From Balanoglossus misakiensis (lineage: Eukaryota; Animalia; Hemichordata), in assembly GCA_040954595.2 (NCBI GenBank), contig CM082578.2:13020520-13084519 (forward strand): a stretch of 64,000 nucleotides of DNA, given 5' to 3'. The translations under genes were made by a program, and so were the position numbers. Below, piece after piece: positions 14,201 through 27,700 of the stretch. Numbering within the stretch: position 1 is the stretch's first letter; each line of letters starts with the position of its first letter. A model generated the notes under the pieces. That model was not told the DNA's origin and made no database searches. It worked only from the letters and a program-made list of their open reading frames with translations.

Positions 14201-17200
14201 CGGATGGAATCTGCTAAATATTTACATGCAAAATGGCAACAGTGAGCCCTCGTATAAGATGATGAACAGAAAATGGTCTGACCGGGACCATCGCTAGAAC
14301 TATGTCTCTCTTGCAGAAAGGATCATGGATGGGCTGTATCGCAATGCAGACGCTTGTGGGATAATTTCCGTCCATTTTGTTGAAGCTGTTTATATCACTT
14401 TTAAAGGTCATAATTTTTCAATATAATAGTTTATTTGTCCTTATTCTATCCCTGAAATTTCAATTTACAGACAGAAACCCAGTATCATCAAAACAGCAAG
14501 GCTACTGGTATTAGTGACATTCAAGATGAAAGGGTTATCATATCCAATGAATTCTTCTTCCTTGAAAATGATAATTTACTACCCACAGCAGATATTTAAT
14601 ATGGTATTTATCAGAGAAAGTCGGTGTTTGACCATACCACAGTAATTTACTCTATCAAAACACTGATATTTACAGACATGCTTGCTCTATATCATAGTCA
14701 TTGTTTATATTACACTAGTGCATTGTGGGAAATATGCATGGCCTTCGGCAAGAGATCTTCCTGAAAAGTGAAAAGAAGATGATGACAGGGCAGTCGGGTG
14801 AGCGGGCAAGATGAATGTGTTTTCGTAGGGTTTTACTGTAAAGGATAGTCCATTTGCAGTAGTTCTGGTGGTTTTATACACGGTGTGTCCTGTTTAGAAG
14901 ACAGGTCAGTTATGGTGGAGCGCTGTCACTGTGATTTTATCAGGTATGGTTGGTTTTTAAGTCGTGATTATATCAAGGTTGGTTTTGAATGAACCGGTAC
15001 GGTTTAGGCTTAGCTGTATGAATGTTGGCGTGTGTTAGGTGATTCTATCTTCATTCAATAGAAACTGACCTTGTAAAAACCGCAATATGTGGTGTGCCTC
15101 CTCACACACAGACTGTTTTCCCATATCCGATGGTAGACCTTGAAGTTTTACTGGAAAACTGCAATTGCCAACCTTGAGAGTTAAAGATTCACATATCCAG
15201 AGACAGTTTGATGTTTGATGTTTCCTGTGAATACTGGTTGTTGCTCATTTTCCTTTCATCACCTTGCTCATTTGAAGACTGAATATTAGAGACAGCTGTA
15301 TTAAACCTGACAAGTGTTGCATAGCATAGATATGCGGTCAATAGTACATCTCTATCTTGCACCATACCTTGCCAGGAAACCTTTACATCAAACGTGAAAA
15401 TAGCAGTTTACCTCATATTAGACTTTGGTTGCGTTGTGTCAGTGCAGGTGATAAATTGCCGAAAGTCTGCTGAATTATGAAACACAGGTGTACTTTGGAA
15501 TCAGCTGATTCATCACGATTCCTAATACAGTAATGCATTCATTGTTCTGGGGTATTTCTGGGTGAACAGGGCAGAGTGTTGAGCTGTCATTTGTAAATGA
15601 TTGCATGACCTACAAGCAAGGTATTGCCAGTTTTCCTACATTTGAATTTCATTATTTGGATATCCTTTAGCGGTTAAGGCCTTTGGATTGGCTATAACTG
15701 AACTGCCTTGTGCGGGCAAACTGCTGATATTCTGAGCAAGTCCGTTGTGACAAGTGAGTGGCTTGTCTTCAAGTTGACGTGCTACTTCCAAGACTCTCTA
15801 CTTTTTAATGAGCCCGTGAAATCCTTGGTTCTGCGTACAGCTGTACACGCCCACAGCTCTTTCGTGGAAATTGGAAATTAGTCCCAAAAAAATCCAATGA
15901 TGAGAGAGTGTGAATGGAGAGCTGCTATTTGCCATACCTATAAGTTCAAGGACTTTTAACTGCGCTGTGAGTCATATCTTATCTGTAAATTGCCGGTATT
16001 GCACACACGAACGTGTGAGATCCCAAACAGTGTAATACAGTCATTCTTTCACCGTTCAGGAGTGTTCTGGTAACCATAGTTATGAGATAGTAAGATAGTC
16101 AAAATGGAGTTCTGCGATGAGTTTTCCTTCGTGATGTACGCATACTTTCAACGTGAAGGCAGCAGGTAGGTTTGGTTTAAGGTTTAACCTCTTTGGCAGG
16201 GTGCTGAGACTCATTCATGAGTGTTAATAATTGGCGCGTGTTTGTTAATGCAGTGAACCCATAATTTGCTCACAGCTGTCCATCCCTATTGCTAAGTGAC
16301 AAATGGCTTGAATCTGTCATAACATAAAAATAGCAACCATTGCAAGGGTGTGGCTGCTATTCATTCATCATTAATATGGAGTGTTCCTCTACTGATCAAT
16401 GTTTTTTAAGCATCAGCCGTTATACTGGTTGAATGATACCAAATATTCCAATGCATTTTGATAAATTATTAAAAATAATATTTCACGGTTAAATTGAGGT
16501 TTTCCCCATAGCACTTTTGCTATCTCTGTTTCATTACCCAGCATTCCCTTAGGCAGGAAGATTAGATCTCTTCTTTCAGTCAGTTAACTGCCTTACAGAT
16601 GGCGTGTATTTAATATTTGGAAAGAGTCATTTTCAGGGTGGAATATAGTATTACAAGCTGTACAATTATAATTGCAGCTGTTCCTGCTCATCTCTGTCTT
16701 ACTCATGAACTAGATACTACGAACTCCCTGAACTCCCCACGTCAGACTTAATTATGGGGTTCTGAGAACCTCATTTACCACAGACAGACTAGGAGATCAT
16801 TTTTCATTGATTGATGACAATATTGACAATGAAATTATCCAATTCAGGATTATTATCATACAGGAGATTATAGACTTCATCCCTTTGGTAAAATATTAAT
16901 GATGATTTCATAGTGTCGTGAGGTAGATGCAAGCTTTCCTGTGTCCTTTTAATATGAAATTTCTATGGTTCTTTTAAAAGGTAGTCTGAAAATTATCTTT
17001 AAATCAGTTGCAAACACAACGCTCTACCTCACAAATTGAGCGAGAAAGAGAAATGTTATCACTGACGTACATTACAATCAATACGACCCATTATATTTAT
17101 TGATCGGTGTGTAACTTAATTAACATTGGCTGTGACCATGATCATCGTTTTCAGCAGAAGATCTAATGGAAAACCAGTAATGTCATTGTGTGTCATAAAT

Positions 17201-19899
17201 ATGCACATTCATATCACAGATAATGTAAAAATTTCCCTTCGAGAATTACCAGCATATCGATTGAGTCATGGAAGCTGTATGATCAATATGAGAATGTGAT
17301 TGTAGTTACTATTGTGGCCACGAAGCAAGGGAAATTGTCAGAAGAACCGGATATACGCAGCGTGTCGTTTTAAAAATAGATCTGTAGAAAATAACTCGCT
17401 GAATTGTATTGAATGATTGATTGGTGTATGTGTGGCAGTCATTAGACGTGTGTGTTGCTAGATTGGCGGATTTATATCAGAGTGATATACGGCTGTCTAC
17501 AAGACTTTGTGAATGGGATGTACCGGTAGTAGCAATATTTTGAGTATGATCGTGTGAGCCATGTTTGTTTGAAAATTGTGTGTTCTCACTGCTACTGTTG
17601 GGTTTTGGTTAGGGCCCATGCAATCTATGGACCTGTGTTCAATCTGTTTCCTGTGCCAGCACTTTCACCTTTGAGTGACCTTTCACCTCCAGTGCTGTAC
17701 CATGTGATCTAGGAGGTGTGTGCCTAATTCTAGCCAGTAATTGAACTTTTATACTGGTGACACTGACACAGTGATTCTGTCTAGACTGTCAAAATGATAA
17801 ATTGTTCCTACCAAAATATTGATAATTGATACCCGGTATAATAATAATAAACCAGCCCGTTATGAGTTGAAGCCCACGTCATAGGATGTGATGATGTCAC
17901 TCAACAGCAATCCTGTACGCTTAATCTGACCTTTAGATTCATAGCGAAACAATTACAAATGCTGAGAAATATGAATAATTCATTCTGCGTGCTATTTGCT
18001 GGCACGATTTTGTTTCACACATTGTTTGCTTATGATGTCAGTCATGGAACTCCCGGTGGAATATTGTAATTTATGAATTATTCACCGGTAATGCATGTAG
18101 TGTTGGGATAAATCTTTAACCCATGCCACACTGTAACCAACTAACCTATGGCGTATAAAACTGGATACATCAGGTCCTGATGTGGTTTGACGTAATATCA
18201 TGGCATTAATCACATGCCAAAAATATCTCCACTGGAGGTAGGTTCAAATACAAACACGAACGGACTACATAGTCAAGTATTAATGCAGATATTCAGCTTT
18301 GGCTGAAAAATGTATGCGTTAAATTAACTTACAGCAGTGTGCATGAATGGGTTTCGTGGCACAGTTTTGTTGCAAAGTCAGTTGAAATGAATCCTGCCTG
18401 GGATTTGGGCAGATACCCAATCATAAATCTATTATAATAATCCCTGTATGAATTGAGTTCAATAAGATATCCCGGTGCTATTGTACGCCAGTGTCATTGG
18501 AATGTTCGCTCTGTTTGGGTCAGCCGCTTCAGATCACATGAGCCTGGTATGTCAGATATTAATTGTTTTGTTGTCGTGTGTGTTTGTCAAATATCAAATT
18601 ATCATATCAGAGAAAGGCAGTGTGCCTGCCTTTGTCAGAATGAATGGGAACTGTACTTGTTCGTGTATGACATTACTGTCACTCTGTCCATAAGCTGGTT
18701 CCAAGGTGTATTATACAGCGTTAAGTTGGATTTTTATGATGTTCCAGACAGAGAGGAAGGTAAATGCTGTGTGTTTTCATTACCGCCATGCTAAATGGTT
18801 CCCATATAGCTATTTCAATCAGATGAGACTGTTAGGATCCAGGATATGGACCATAGATTTGCCATTACTGTTTGTAGGAACATATGCACCTCATATTCAC
18901 AGTGGATATCGGTACTTCAGGATTTATGAGTCATGTTTGTAATTTGAAATTTTCCTACATCTTGTCAGACGGCCTGGGATGAGAAACAAGTGAAAAATAA
19001 GGTCGTTTGTATCAGTGTTTGAAAGATGCAGATATGTTTTCATTTGAAAAAGTGGTTTTGACAGTTTGAAATTACATTTGTTTCAGTTGCGTATTGTGAA
19101 AGGCTGTGGAATGTATGGCATCATATGTTTACCACATGATGTGTGCACTCATTTGTAAACATGAGAATTTTATATAGACTCGATATTGATGGAAACACTT
19201 TCCCATGCAGTCTTCTGATTTGCCTTGTATTTAATCCTACTTGAGTGAGAGGCAGACACACGATGTATCCCCATCAGGGGAAAAAAAACCTGTAAAATGA
19301 GGACAGCTTCTGTTTACGGAAGCGCCAAGTCATCTGCTATAAATTTTTTGATAACAGAAGTTGTGTCACCCGGTAATCGCACGACAGAACACAGCAAGAG
19401 TGGCTGCCTATCTTTGTTATGGGCAACCTTTGGTCACCTTAGTCAGAGTGACAGCATTCCAGTCATGTGTTGAAGCTATTAATCTGATGTGGCACGCTGC
19501 TTTTCACTCGGCTTTTGTTAAGCATTTGCATTGGTGTGCAGGGCCTGATCATGCCGATCATGCAACTATGCCCAGTCAAGTGAATTTATGTAGATAAGGT
19601 TTTGCCATTATTCCAGATGGACAGAAGTTTCATTGATAATTGCCTGGTTGTGCTATCTTCAGCCCAATTGATGAAAGAGTTGACAAAACTAGAAATGACA
19701 TAATCTTTGAATGGTATAACTTTTTAGCGCAAGCATGCACATGTACCGGTACAACATCTGTCAGCCGATATACATGTACCAATTTTATTTTATTGTCACT
19801 CTAGAACCATGTGACTTTGAGTTTTGTGCATGTGGTGGAATTAGTTTAATTATCATTGATTACTCGAGACTGACTGTTGTGTGTTCTGTCTTTTCACAG

Positions 19900-21711
19900 T
19901 GAGAAGACCCCAGCCACACCATCCACATTAGCTACCCCATTGAGTGTAGGTAGCGAACCGAGTACTCCTGTTTCGTACCACACTGAGAAAGACACCGGCT
20001 CCCCTGTATCGTCCGAAGTCAAAAGGATACGCTCGCTGAAACGAGAGAAGTCCATCAAGCAGAGGCGCGAAGATGATGTGCTCATCAAGCGATCGCGTGC
20101 GCACAGCTCTGCGTACGAGCTCTCGGCCGACTTGCAGAACAAGCAAGTGGAGATGCTAGAGAAGAAATATGGCGGCAGAAGAAGATCCGGTCGTGCAGCA
20201 AAAGTTATCCAAGAGGCATTCCGTCAGTATTCGATGAACAGGAACTTTGAGAAACTGAGGAGTGCCAAATCTGAGAACCGCATGAGCCGGAGGTATACCA
20301 CGATCAAGGCGAGACCGGAATGGGAGAAAATGTTCAGTAAGTGTGTTGTGTCGCTCGACTTTGACCCGGGCGAGAGCACCGACGAGCCAAACAATCGAAC
20401 CATCGATCTCGGAGAAGTGGCTTTCCTCGCCAGGCACATTGACCAGTTGCAAGGGTCCAGCAAAACTGACATTGTGTGCCATGTTGATATAACGGAGAAC
20501 GCGGAGGGTTCTCCCGCGGCTGTCTCTCCGTCGAGCGACAGCAGCGTGGACGGGGACGAAGCAAGCAATAGACAGGTGGAACCTGACGACGAGAAGCTGG
20601 CCACGCCCTTACCGAACACTCCAGGCCACACGACAGCAGAAAAAGCACACGAGCCAGATATTGATCCCCTAGCGGTCTTGGAAGAAGTGGTCACGTCGGC
20701 CTACGCACAGGAGGAAGATTTGTCGCTCGACAGTATGGCCATGGACAGAGACACTCAGAAAACTGGGAGTACCGAGAGTTTGGACGATAAAAGGGGTTCA
20801 ACAGTCACAGTGACTGTCCATTTGAAAGACGAGGCAGATGAACAGAGGACAGTAGATGAGCCCAGAGAAGACACAGGCACGACAGACCAAGTAACGGGGA
20901 CTAGCTCAGTGGCAGAGCACAGGACCAGGGAAACTGATAGCCAGGATATAGGACCCAGACAGGATACAGGGAGCGGTAAGGTTCCGGAGGTAGTCGTGGC
21001 AACTCCCGAAGGAACAAAATCTGTTGTTGATGAGCGAGAGAGCAAAGAACGGACTAGCGGCAGCTCGTCGACCAAAAAAGAAACTGACCCGCTGCAGAAG
21101 AAAATCGATCACCGGAAAAGCCGAGACCAGGACGATTTCATGAAACCTCAGAGAGCCGTCGTTCGCGTGCTGGGATCACAAGAGCCCGTGGGTTCCCCCG
21201 TGTGGAGGCGAAAGATGCTGGACAGTGCTGTTACGACCGCAGTGGGATCTGGCACTGCGGGCGGTGTTCACTCGGGTGGTGGTGGTGGCGGTAGCAGCGG
21301 CACGGCCAGCAACAGAAGCAGCATATGCAGCATCAGTAGCACGGCCACAACGGCCAGCACCCGCAGCGACATCAGCAGCTCCAGCAGTGGCAGCAGCAGC
21401 AGCGGCGGGGAGAAGTCGTCGTCGCCGAAAGTTGCGAACGGAATCGCGAAACCCATCGACATGGAGAAATACGAGAGCTGCGACAGCCTCAGCACGGATG
21501 GCAGCTGCCTGTCCATCAATGCGGCCAGTGACAGTTTCCAGGGGAGCAGCGATAGCATCAGCCTCGCGTCGGAGAACATCAGTGTCAGCGAAGTGGAGGC
21601 CGTGCACGGCAAAAAGGACTCCCCATCTCCGTCTGTCAGCAGTCTGAACATTGCCCCCTTAACTGACGATAGAAAAAGGCGATACAGGATAGGACTGAAT
21701 CTGTTCAACAA
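19900..21711 (+). CDS. IQSEC1: IQSEC large exon (IQ motif, acidic and Ser/Gly-rich linker, start of Sec7)
   Basis: 612-aa ORF. Acceptor ttttcacag ends at 19899 and donor gtaagt starts at 21712. Encodes [18 protein letters not shown] (IQ) and [12 protein letters not shown]. Confidence 0.95.
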
Positions 21712-24700
21712 GTAAGTACCACTTTCTTCCCTGTAATGAGTACTTCTCACACAATCATGGTGCAATTTTGCTGCCTGTGCAATTTCCATAAAAATGACTT
21801 GTTGACATATTTATGGTTTGGGTGAAGAAAGTAGGGCAGGCGTTACCCACCACTATGTTGATTGTCTGACCCTAAAATGTCCGCTAGGTTGAATCGTAAT
21901 TTGAACACATTATAAAGCAGTGAGGATCACCCCAGAACTAAGAAAGGGTAATTGAAGGCGTCTCCATTGACTGTCTTATCTCATCAGTAAGTTTGCCACA
22001 AATGGTCCCCTCTCTTCTACTCTCCCTCTAACAGTACTATACAGGTACAGGTTTAATGCTTGATCAGTTCTGTTGACAGGAAATTTGCTGAGCTGAAAGG
22101 CGCCAACAGCCAATCCTCTTGGTAATGGCATGACATTCTGAAACACTTGATTAAAAAAACATTGTAGATCCGTTGATAAGTTGGAAACATTCTCTTATTA
22201 AAGCCTTTTAAGAGTTGCAGTGTGGAAGTGCTCTCCATGGAAACAGCCCCATTGAAAAGTGCTCAATTGCATCGATGGGGATCCTGGTGTATTTTTAACC
22301 TGACTACAGCTGTCTTATATCCGCTACATGCATACTCCATTAGGCTATCTGTGTAGATCTTTTCAGTAGCTGTAGTTGCCTTTCAGTTGCATTCTGGCTG
22401 CGACAAAGCAGAAGATACTCTGTATTGTTCCCAGTGTCAGCTTTAGGTCTGACCAGGTCTGGGCTCCACAGTCTGTGACACCTGTATATAACATGTAGGT
22501 CTTGTGTTTCACCATTCATCACTGCAAGGCAGTCATTAAAGTGGTGATTGTTGTATAACCGCATAGTGCACAGTGACATCGTTGGTGCGTTGACCCGAAA
22601 CTGTCTTGTGTCCCCGCTTCGCTACCTGTCGCCTTGTAAGAAAAGAAAAAATGATTGCTCAGAACCATCCATCTGCAACACGTATTCTTGGAGACACTGC
22701 TTAAGTGAAGATGGTTTCTAAAATCACCCATTTCGTGCCATGCATATTTTGATTTGGAACTCGTGAAGTCTTGCGCCACAACTTAAGTCAATGCAAATTT
22801 GTGCACGTTTGTGCAGTTTAATATCATCCACATGGCATGGTCCCTAATGCATGTCAAGAAATCAATATGTAATATTGACTCCAATGATTTTAATGAAATA
22901 TGGAAACAAAATGGTCAGAAAAAAAGTAATATATGTCTTTCGACTTTCGTTTGAAATTGCATTTCAAGGTCATAAGTAAAGCCAAAATTTTTTTGTTCTG
23001 TTCTTTCATTATCAAATTTATTCCAGGCTAAACACTGATACATGTAACAGTTAAACTGACATTATGACGTCACTAGAATGACGTATTTATATTGATTTAA
23101 TTACACAATGAAAAGAACAGCACAGATTTGAATACAAATAACCAGGAGCATATTTTCGTCTTGGAGACAAGCCTGACCTGCTTGAAGCTTCAAGCAATTG
23201 GGACCTTTGTGATCTGATGAGGGCCAGGAAAAAAAAACACGAAGCGCCCTCCCCTGCCATATGTCAACACCAAGACACCCATTTCCGGCACCCTTCATTA
23301 GTTGAACCAGTAGGTCTGTAGTTTGAATGGATGGCAGCCACGGGTCAAACCTTAGTCTGCAAATTACGTCTAAGATGTACACAACATGTCAAAGCAACCA
23401 ATTAAAATGCTACCCGAGCTGCTAGAAATAGGATGTTTGTCAATTGTATTTATAGAAAAACCATTCTCCTGAGCCAGGGCTTCCTTATTTGTGCTCTATC
23501 ATGCCAATGCTAGTTGCTACATAAAGAATCAACGCATGTAGTTGTAGCCATATTAGGGGGTCTGTGCTTAATTAATGACGAGAGAAGAATATTCCTGCGT
23601 TAATGAGAAGATTACAGTGTGCAGCTGATTGGTGGACTAGTTTTCATTCTGACTCTGGTTTCATGTTTATCTCGCAATTCCTGTCTACAATCCGTGTACA
23701 TGTATCTGAAATGATCATATTGTTTGCGGGCCAGACTATATTAGCAAAAATGTTGACTGTATTCATGCAGGACTGACATATCTTTGTTTCTTCTTGTTCC
23801 TTTCCAGGAAACCAGAAAAGGGGCTGAAGCTTCTTTTAGAGAATAAATTCTTGGACAATTCGCCCATGTCTGTAGCGAAATTTCTTCTAACTGCCAAGGG
23901 TGTCAGTAAGCAGATGACGGGAGAATACTTGGGCAATCTTCAGAACCGGTTCAACATGGAAGTTCTAGAGTAGGTGGATTTTTTGTGTCTCGAGGGGAAA
24001 TATACAAATTTGGTGTAAAACTATAATTTATAAATATTGATTATTTTTGTCCCAGTGTCTGTTGTCATGGTAAAATAAAATGCAAAATGTAAAACCATAA
24101 ATGTTGATGTGGTACGTGGTAGAAAATCCACTGCACTGAAAATAAAGGTGGTTGTCTTTGCTGTTGTTGGAATAATTCTGGCCACAGATGTATGTGATGG
24201 GATCAGATGACTGAGCATGGAACATAATGAAAAGCAACTCTTTTTGTATTTATTTTACGGAATATTGCTGTGTTTACATTAAGGCTGGCTGCAACTGGCA
24301 TGTGCCATATTGTAGAACTAGAGGTTGATGGCCTGAACATTCTTTTTTTTCCCAACAGTTGTTTTGTGGATCATATTGATCTGACAGGCTTGCCTCTTGA
24401 TGAAGCTCTCAGGAAATTCCAAACTTACTACAGAATGCCTGGAGAAGCACAAAAGATAGAGAGGCTGATGGAAGTAAGTCCCCTCCACCCTGTGAATTTT
24501 CATGTTTTTCCTACACTGCAGTGGTGTATGTCTGTTGCTTGATTAGTCAAAATACTTATTATTGCACATAGGTGCAACCTACCATTGATTACCCCTGTGT
24601 CTTTCTACAGGCTTTCGGCCAGCGTTACTGTATGTGCAATCCTAAAATCGTCAGCAAATTCCGTAATCCGGACACTGTGTTCATCCTTGCCTTCGCCATT

Positions 24701-27700
24701 ATCATGCTGAACACCGACCAACACAATCCAAACATCAAGCAGGAGCGACGGATGAAGCTCGAGGATTTCCTGAAAAACCTCCGAGGTAAGTTTTGAAACG
24801 GGTAATTTTATAAATGGACTGCTTGTGTTGAGGTCCACCTACTCAGACTCCCGTAAGAGCCGAGGGACGCATTAAAACTAAATGCATCAACACGATTGCA
24901 GAGGAAAGATGACCTTTATAGAAGCAGGAGTGTGCCTGGGCATCACTGTGTCAGTGTTTGTTTCAATCAGGAAATTTGCTGTGGAATGTTTTCGAGTTGT
25001 GGATGATTTAATGGATTTACACATTGATGACAGTGCGCCACCTAGAGTTCCTATATAAAATAATGTGAACTTTCGTTTATCATGTTACAATCAATAAAAC
25101 ACTACCGTACTTTGACTAAAGATGTTTGTAACAACATTGTGAAGGATGTAGATTGAAATCCATAAAATGGAAATGAATTTTTGTTTGTTTGTTTAGGAAT
25201 TGACAATGGTGAGGATGTTGAACGAGATTATCTCATCGGAATATACGACAGAGTGAAAAGACGTGAATTTCAGCCAGGTGTTGATCATGTAACTCAGGTT
25301 CGAAAACTTGACCAAAGTATAGTCGGACACAAACCTGTAAGTGTATAATTTTTACTATCACAAGCTAAATGTACTCATAGTTGATGAGACAGTTTTCAGA
25401 CTCTTGTACTGGCAGTTTGAAAATACTGTGAAATGATACTAACCTGCAATAACACAGCCCAATGTTTTGCTTTGAACAGATTTTAGCTGAGGCTCACAGG
25501 CGATTGGTGTGCTATGTACGCCTCTTTGAAGTCCATGATCCCACAAAGAGAGAGAAACCCCATCAGAGAGAAGTCTTCCTTTTCAATGATATTTTAGTGG
25601 TAAGTTCAAACTTAAGTTAAAGCAATCCACATGTGTGACTAGTTGAACCCTGGCTCCCACCCAAGTAGTTTAGTATGGATGTCTTGCCAGAGTAAACTTG
25701 CAATGTTAATCAATGATTCCATTCAATTGCAGGTGACTAAGGTCTTGGCAAGACGGAAAGTCTCAATCACGTACAATTTCAAGAAGTCCTTTCCTATCAA
25801 CGGTGTTACAGTACTATTATTTGAAACTCCCTGTAAGTAGTAACCAGATGCTACACATGTATTTTGTCTGCTTTGCCAATTGAAAACTGTGGTTTAAAAA
25901 AAAACAGAACATCATACCCAGGGCAGTAAATCCAATGAATAGTTTGCAGTGGACTTTGTGGAACTTTGCATTCAGACATAGGTGTAATAGTGTCAAAGTT
26001 GTCATCATACTCTTGCTTACAAGAACAGCCTTGTTTGTTTCCTATTCTGTAGATTATCAATTTGGCGTCAGGCTGACCACGGTGGTAGACAACAAAATCC
26101 TCATCACATTTACAGCGCAGAGTGAAGAGGACAGGAACCGGTTTGTGTCCGATTTACGGGAGTGCATCCTGGAAGTGAATGAAATGGAAGAGATTAGGAT
26201 AGGAGGTGAGATTTCAGAATTATGGCCATCTTTGTTTTGCAGTTCTGGCCTTCAACTAAAGTCACAATCTCACCTGTACAGTTGATTCCAGACTCTCACA
26301 TCTCTCTTGCCTGGACATGATTGATTTTTGGCAAAGCTTTTCACAATATATATAAAGAAGCTGACTTCACACTTGGCTAAGCCTGTACTAAACCCAAACG
26401 TTGATGGCGCTATACTGAGAGCAAGAGGGGATTGTATGGAGAGCATGTCTGGAAAAAAAGAATACTTCAATAACAAATTCAGGGATACATTTTATGGTTA
26501 TTTGTGTGTGGCTGCAGCTTTCTGTCAAGTTTGCGTGAAAGTTGTAAGTGTTGTAAATGAAAGGCAGAGACAATGATGGACAGGCATGCACCTTCAGAGA
26601 AATCACAGGTTCATATTCAATTTAGTGCGGCAGATTGCAGATCACCTGTTGATTGGAATGTTCAAGGGCATCCAAACTTGACACCAGCTTTAAATGTTCA
26701 GAGTGATCCTAAGACTAACATGTGAAAGCATTGTGTACAGTGAAAATGTGCTTTTGACATTTTAATTCATATTAATTAAGTGTGTTGGTAATATCTAATA
26801 CGAATGCCATGCTGTGCACTTTTACGTTTGTCTTCCAAAACTAACACTTTGTTGTGTGTGTGTGTTAAATGTTTGTGTAGTAACAGGTTTTTGACATGAC
26901 ATTTAATGGGTGCCTTTTCTATTTTCTGCTCTTTCTAGCAGTTTTTCGGTTGCTTCTATTACACAGTTGTCAGATGTTTGCAGTTTATTCGCAGCCCTAA
27001 TTTTTTTCTGTTTCTTTTGTCATCCCTTTAGAAATATAAGTATTTTCTTTATATTTACATATATATTTTTTTGTTTATTTTGTTTTTGTCTCCCGACAGA
27101 TCACCTTGATGGGGGCAATACAATAAGACACAGCCTGACTTTTGCATCTGCACTGTGTTAACACGCAGGGTTGCTTCAAGTGCAACACACACATTTACAA
27201 ACCAACACACATAGTCTGTTGTTTTTATTTTGCTTGATCTTTTTTTTCTTTGTTTTTTTTGTCTAGTAGTTTCACTGCCAGTTTTACTGTCCCTCTTCCT
27301 ATCTGTCTATCTTGTTCTCTGTCTGCTGGTTTTGTGTGGTGCTAGTCAGACAGAATGTTGTGTCATCTCTCCCCCCCCCCTCCACCACCACCGCCACCAC
27401 TTTGCTTGTGGTCTCTGTGTCTTTGCACACACCCAAGCCATGCTTGTTGAGACTTGTCGCCCTGCTAGTCAACTAGGAGGTCTTGATTGACCTATTCCTG
27501 AGGTCAAAAAATCATTTTCTGTCAATTAATAAAATCCCCTCTATTAATCCTAATTAATGCACATCTGTTTTTCTGAAGTGGGTGTAACGGCTTCTGACAG
27601 TGGTGTTCTTTCTTGTAACAGCGTGTGCTTTTAGTTATACTGTCGTTTCTGTCTGTCTCTAACACTGCCAAAAAAACGAAACCCTACTCTGTACTTGCAA

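Noticed and set aside
14734-14803. ATG-led frame ending at a GTGAGC donor
   Set aside because: The open frame gives phase 1, which is incompatible with the phase-2 acceptor at 19900. The phase-2 frame contains a stop.
18453-18794. 113-aa ORF with AAG|GTAAAT donor
   Set aside because: Wrong phase for joining the IQSEC exon and no protein-family signal.
19894-21789. Many antisense and alternate-frame ORFs over the big IQSEC exon (likewise over the CYP and GPCR genes)
   Set aside because: Shadow ORFs caused by GC-rich codon usage and triplet repeats of the real genes.
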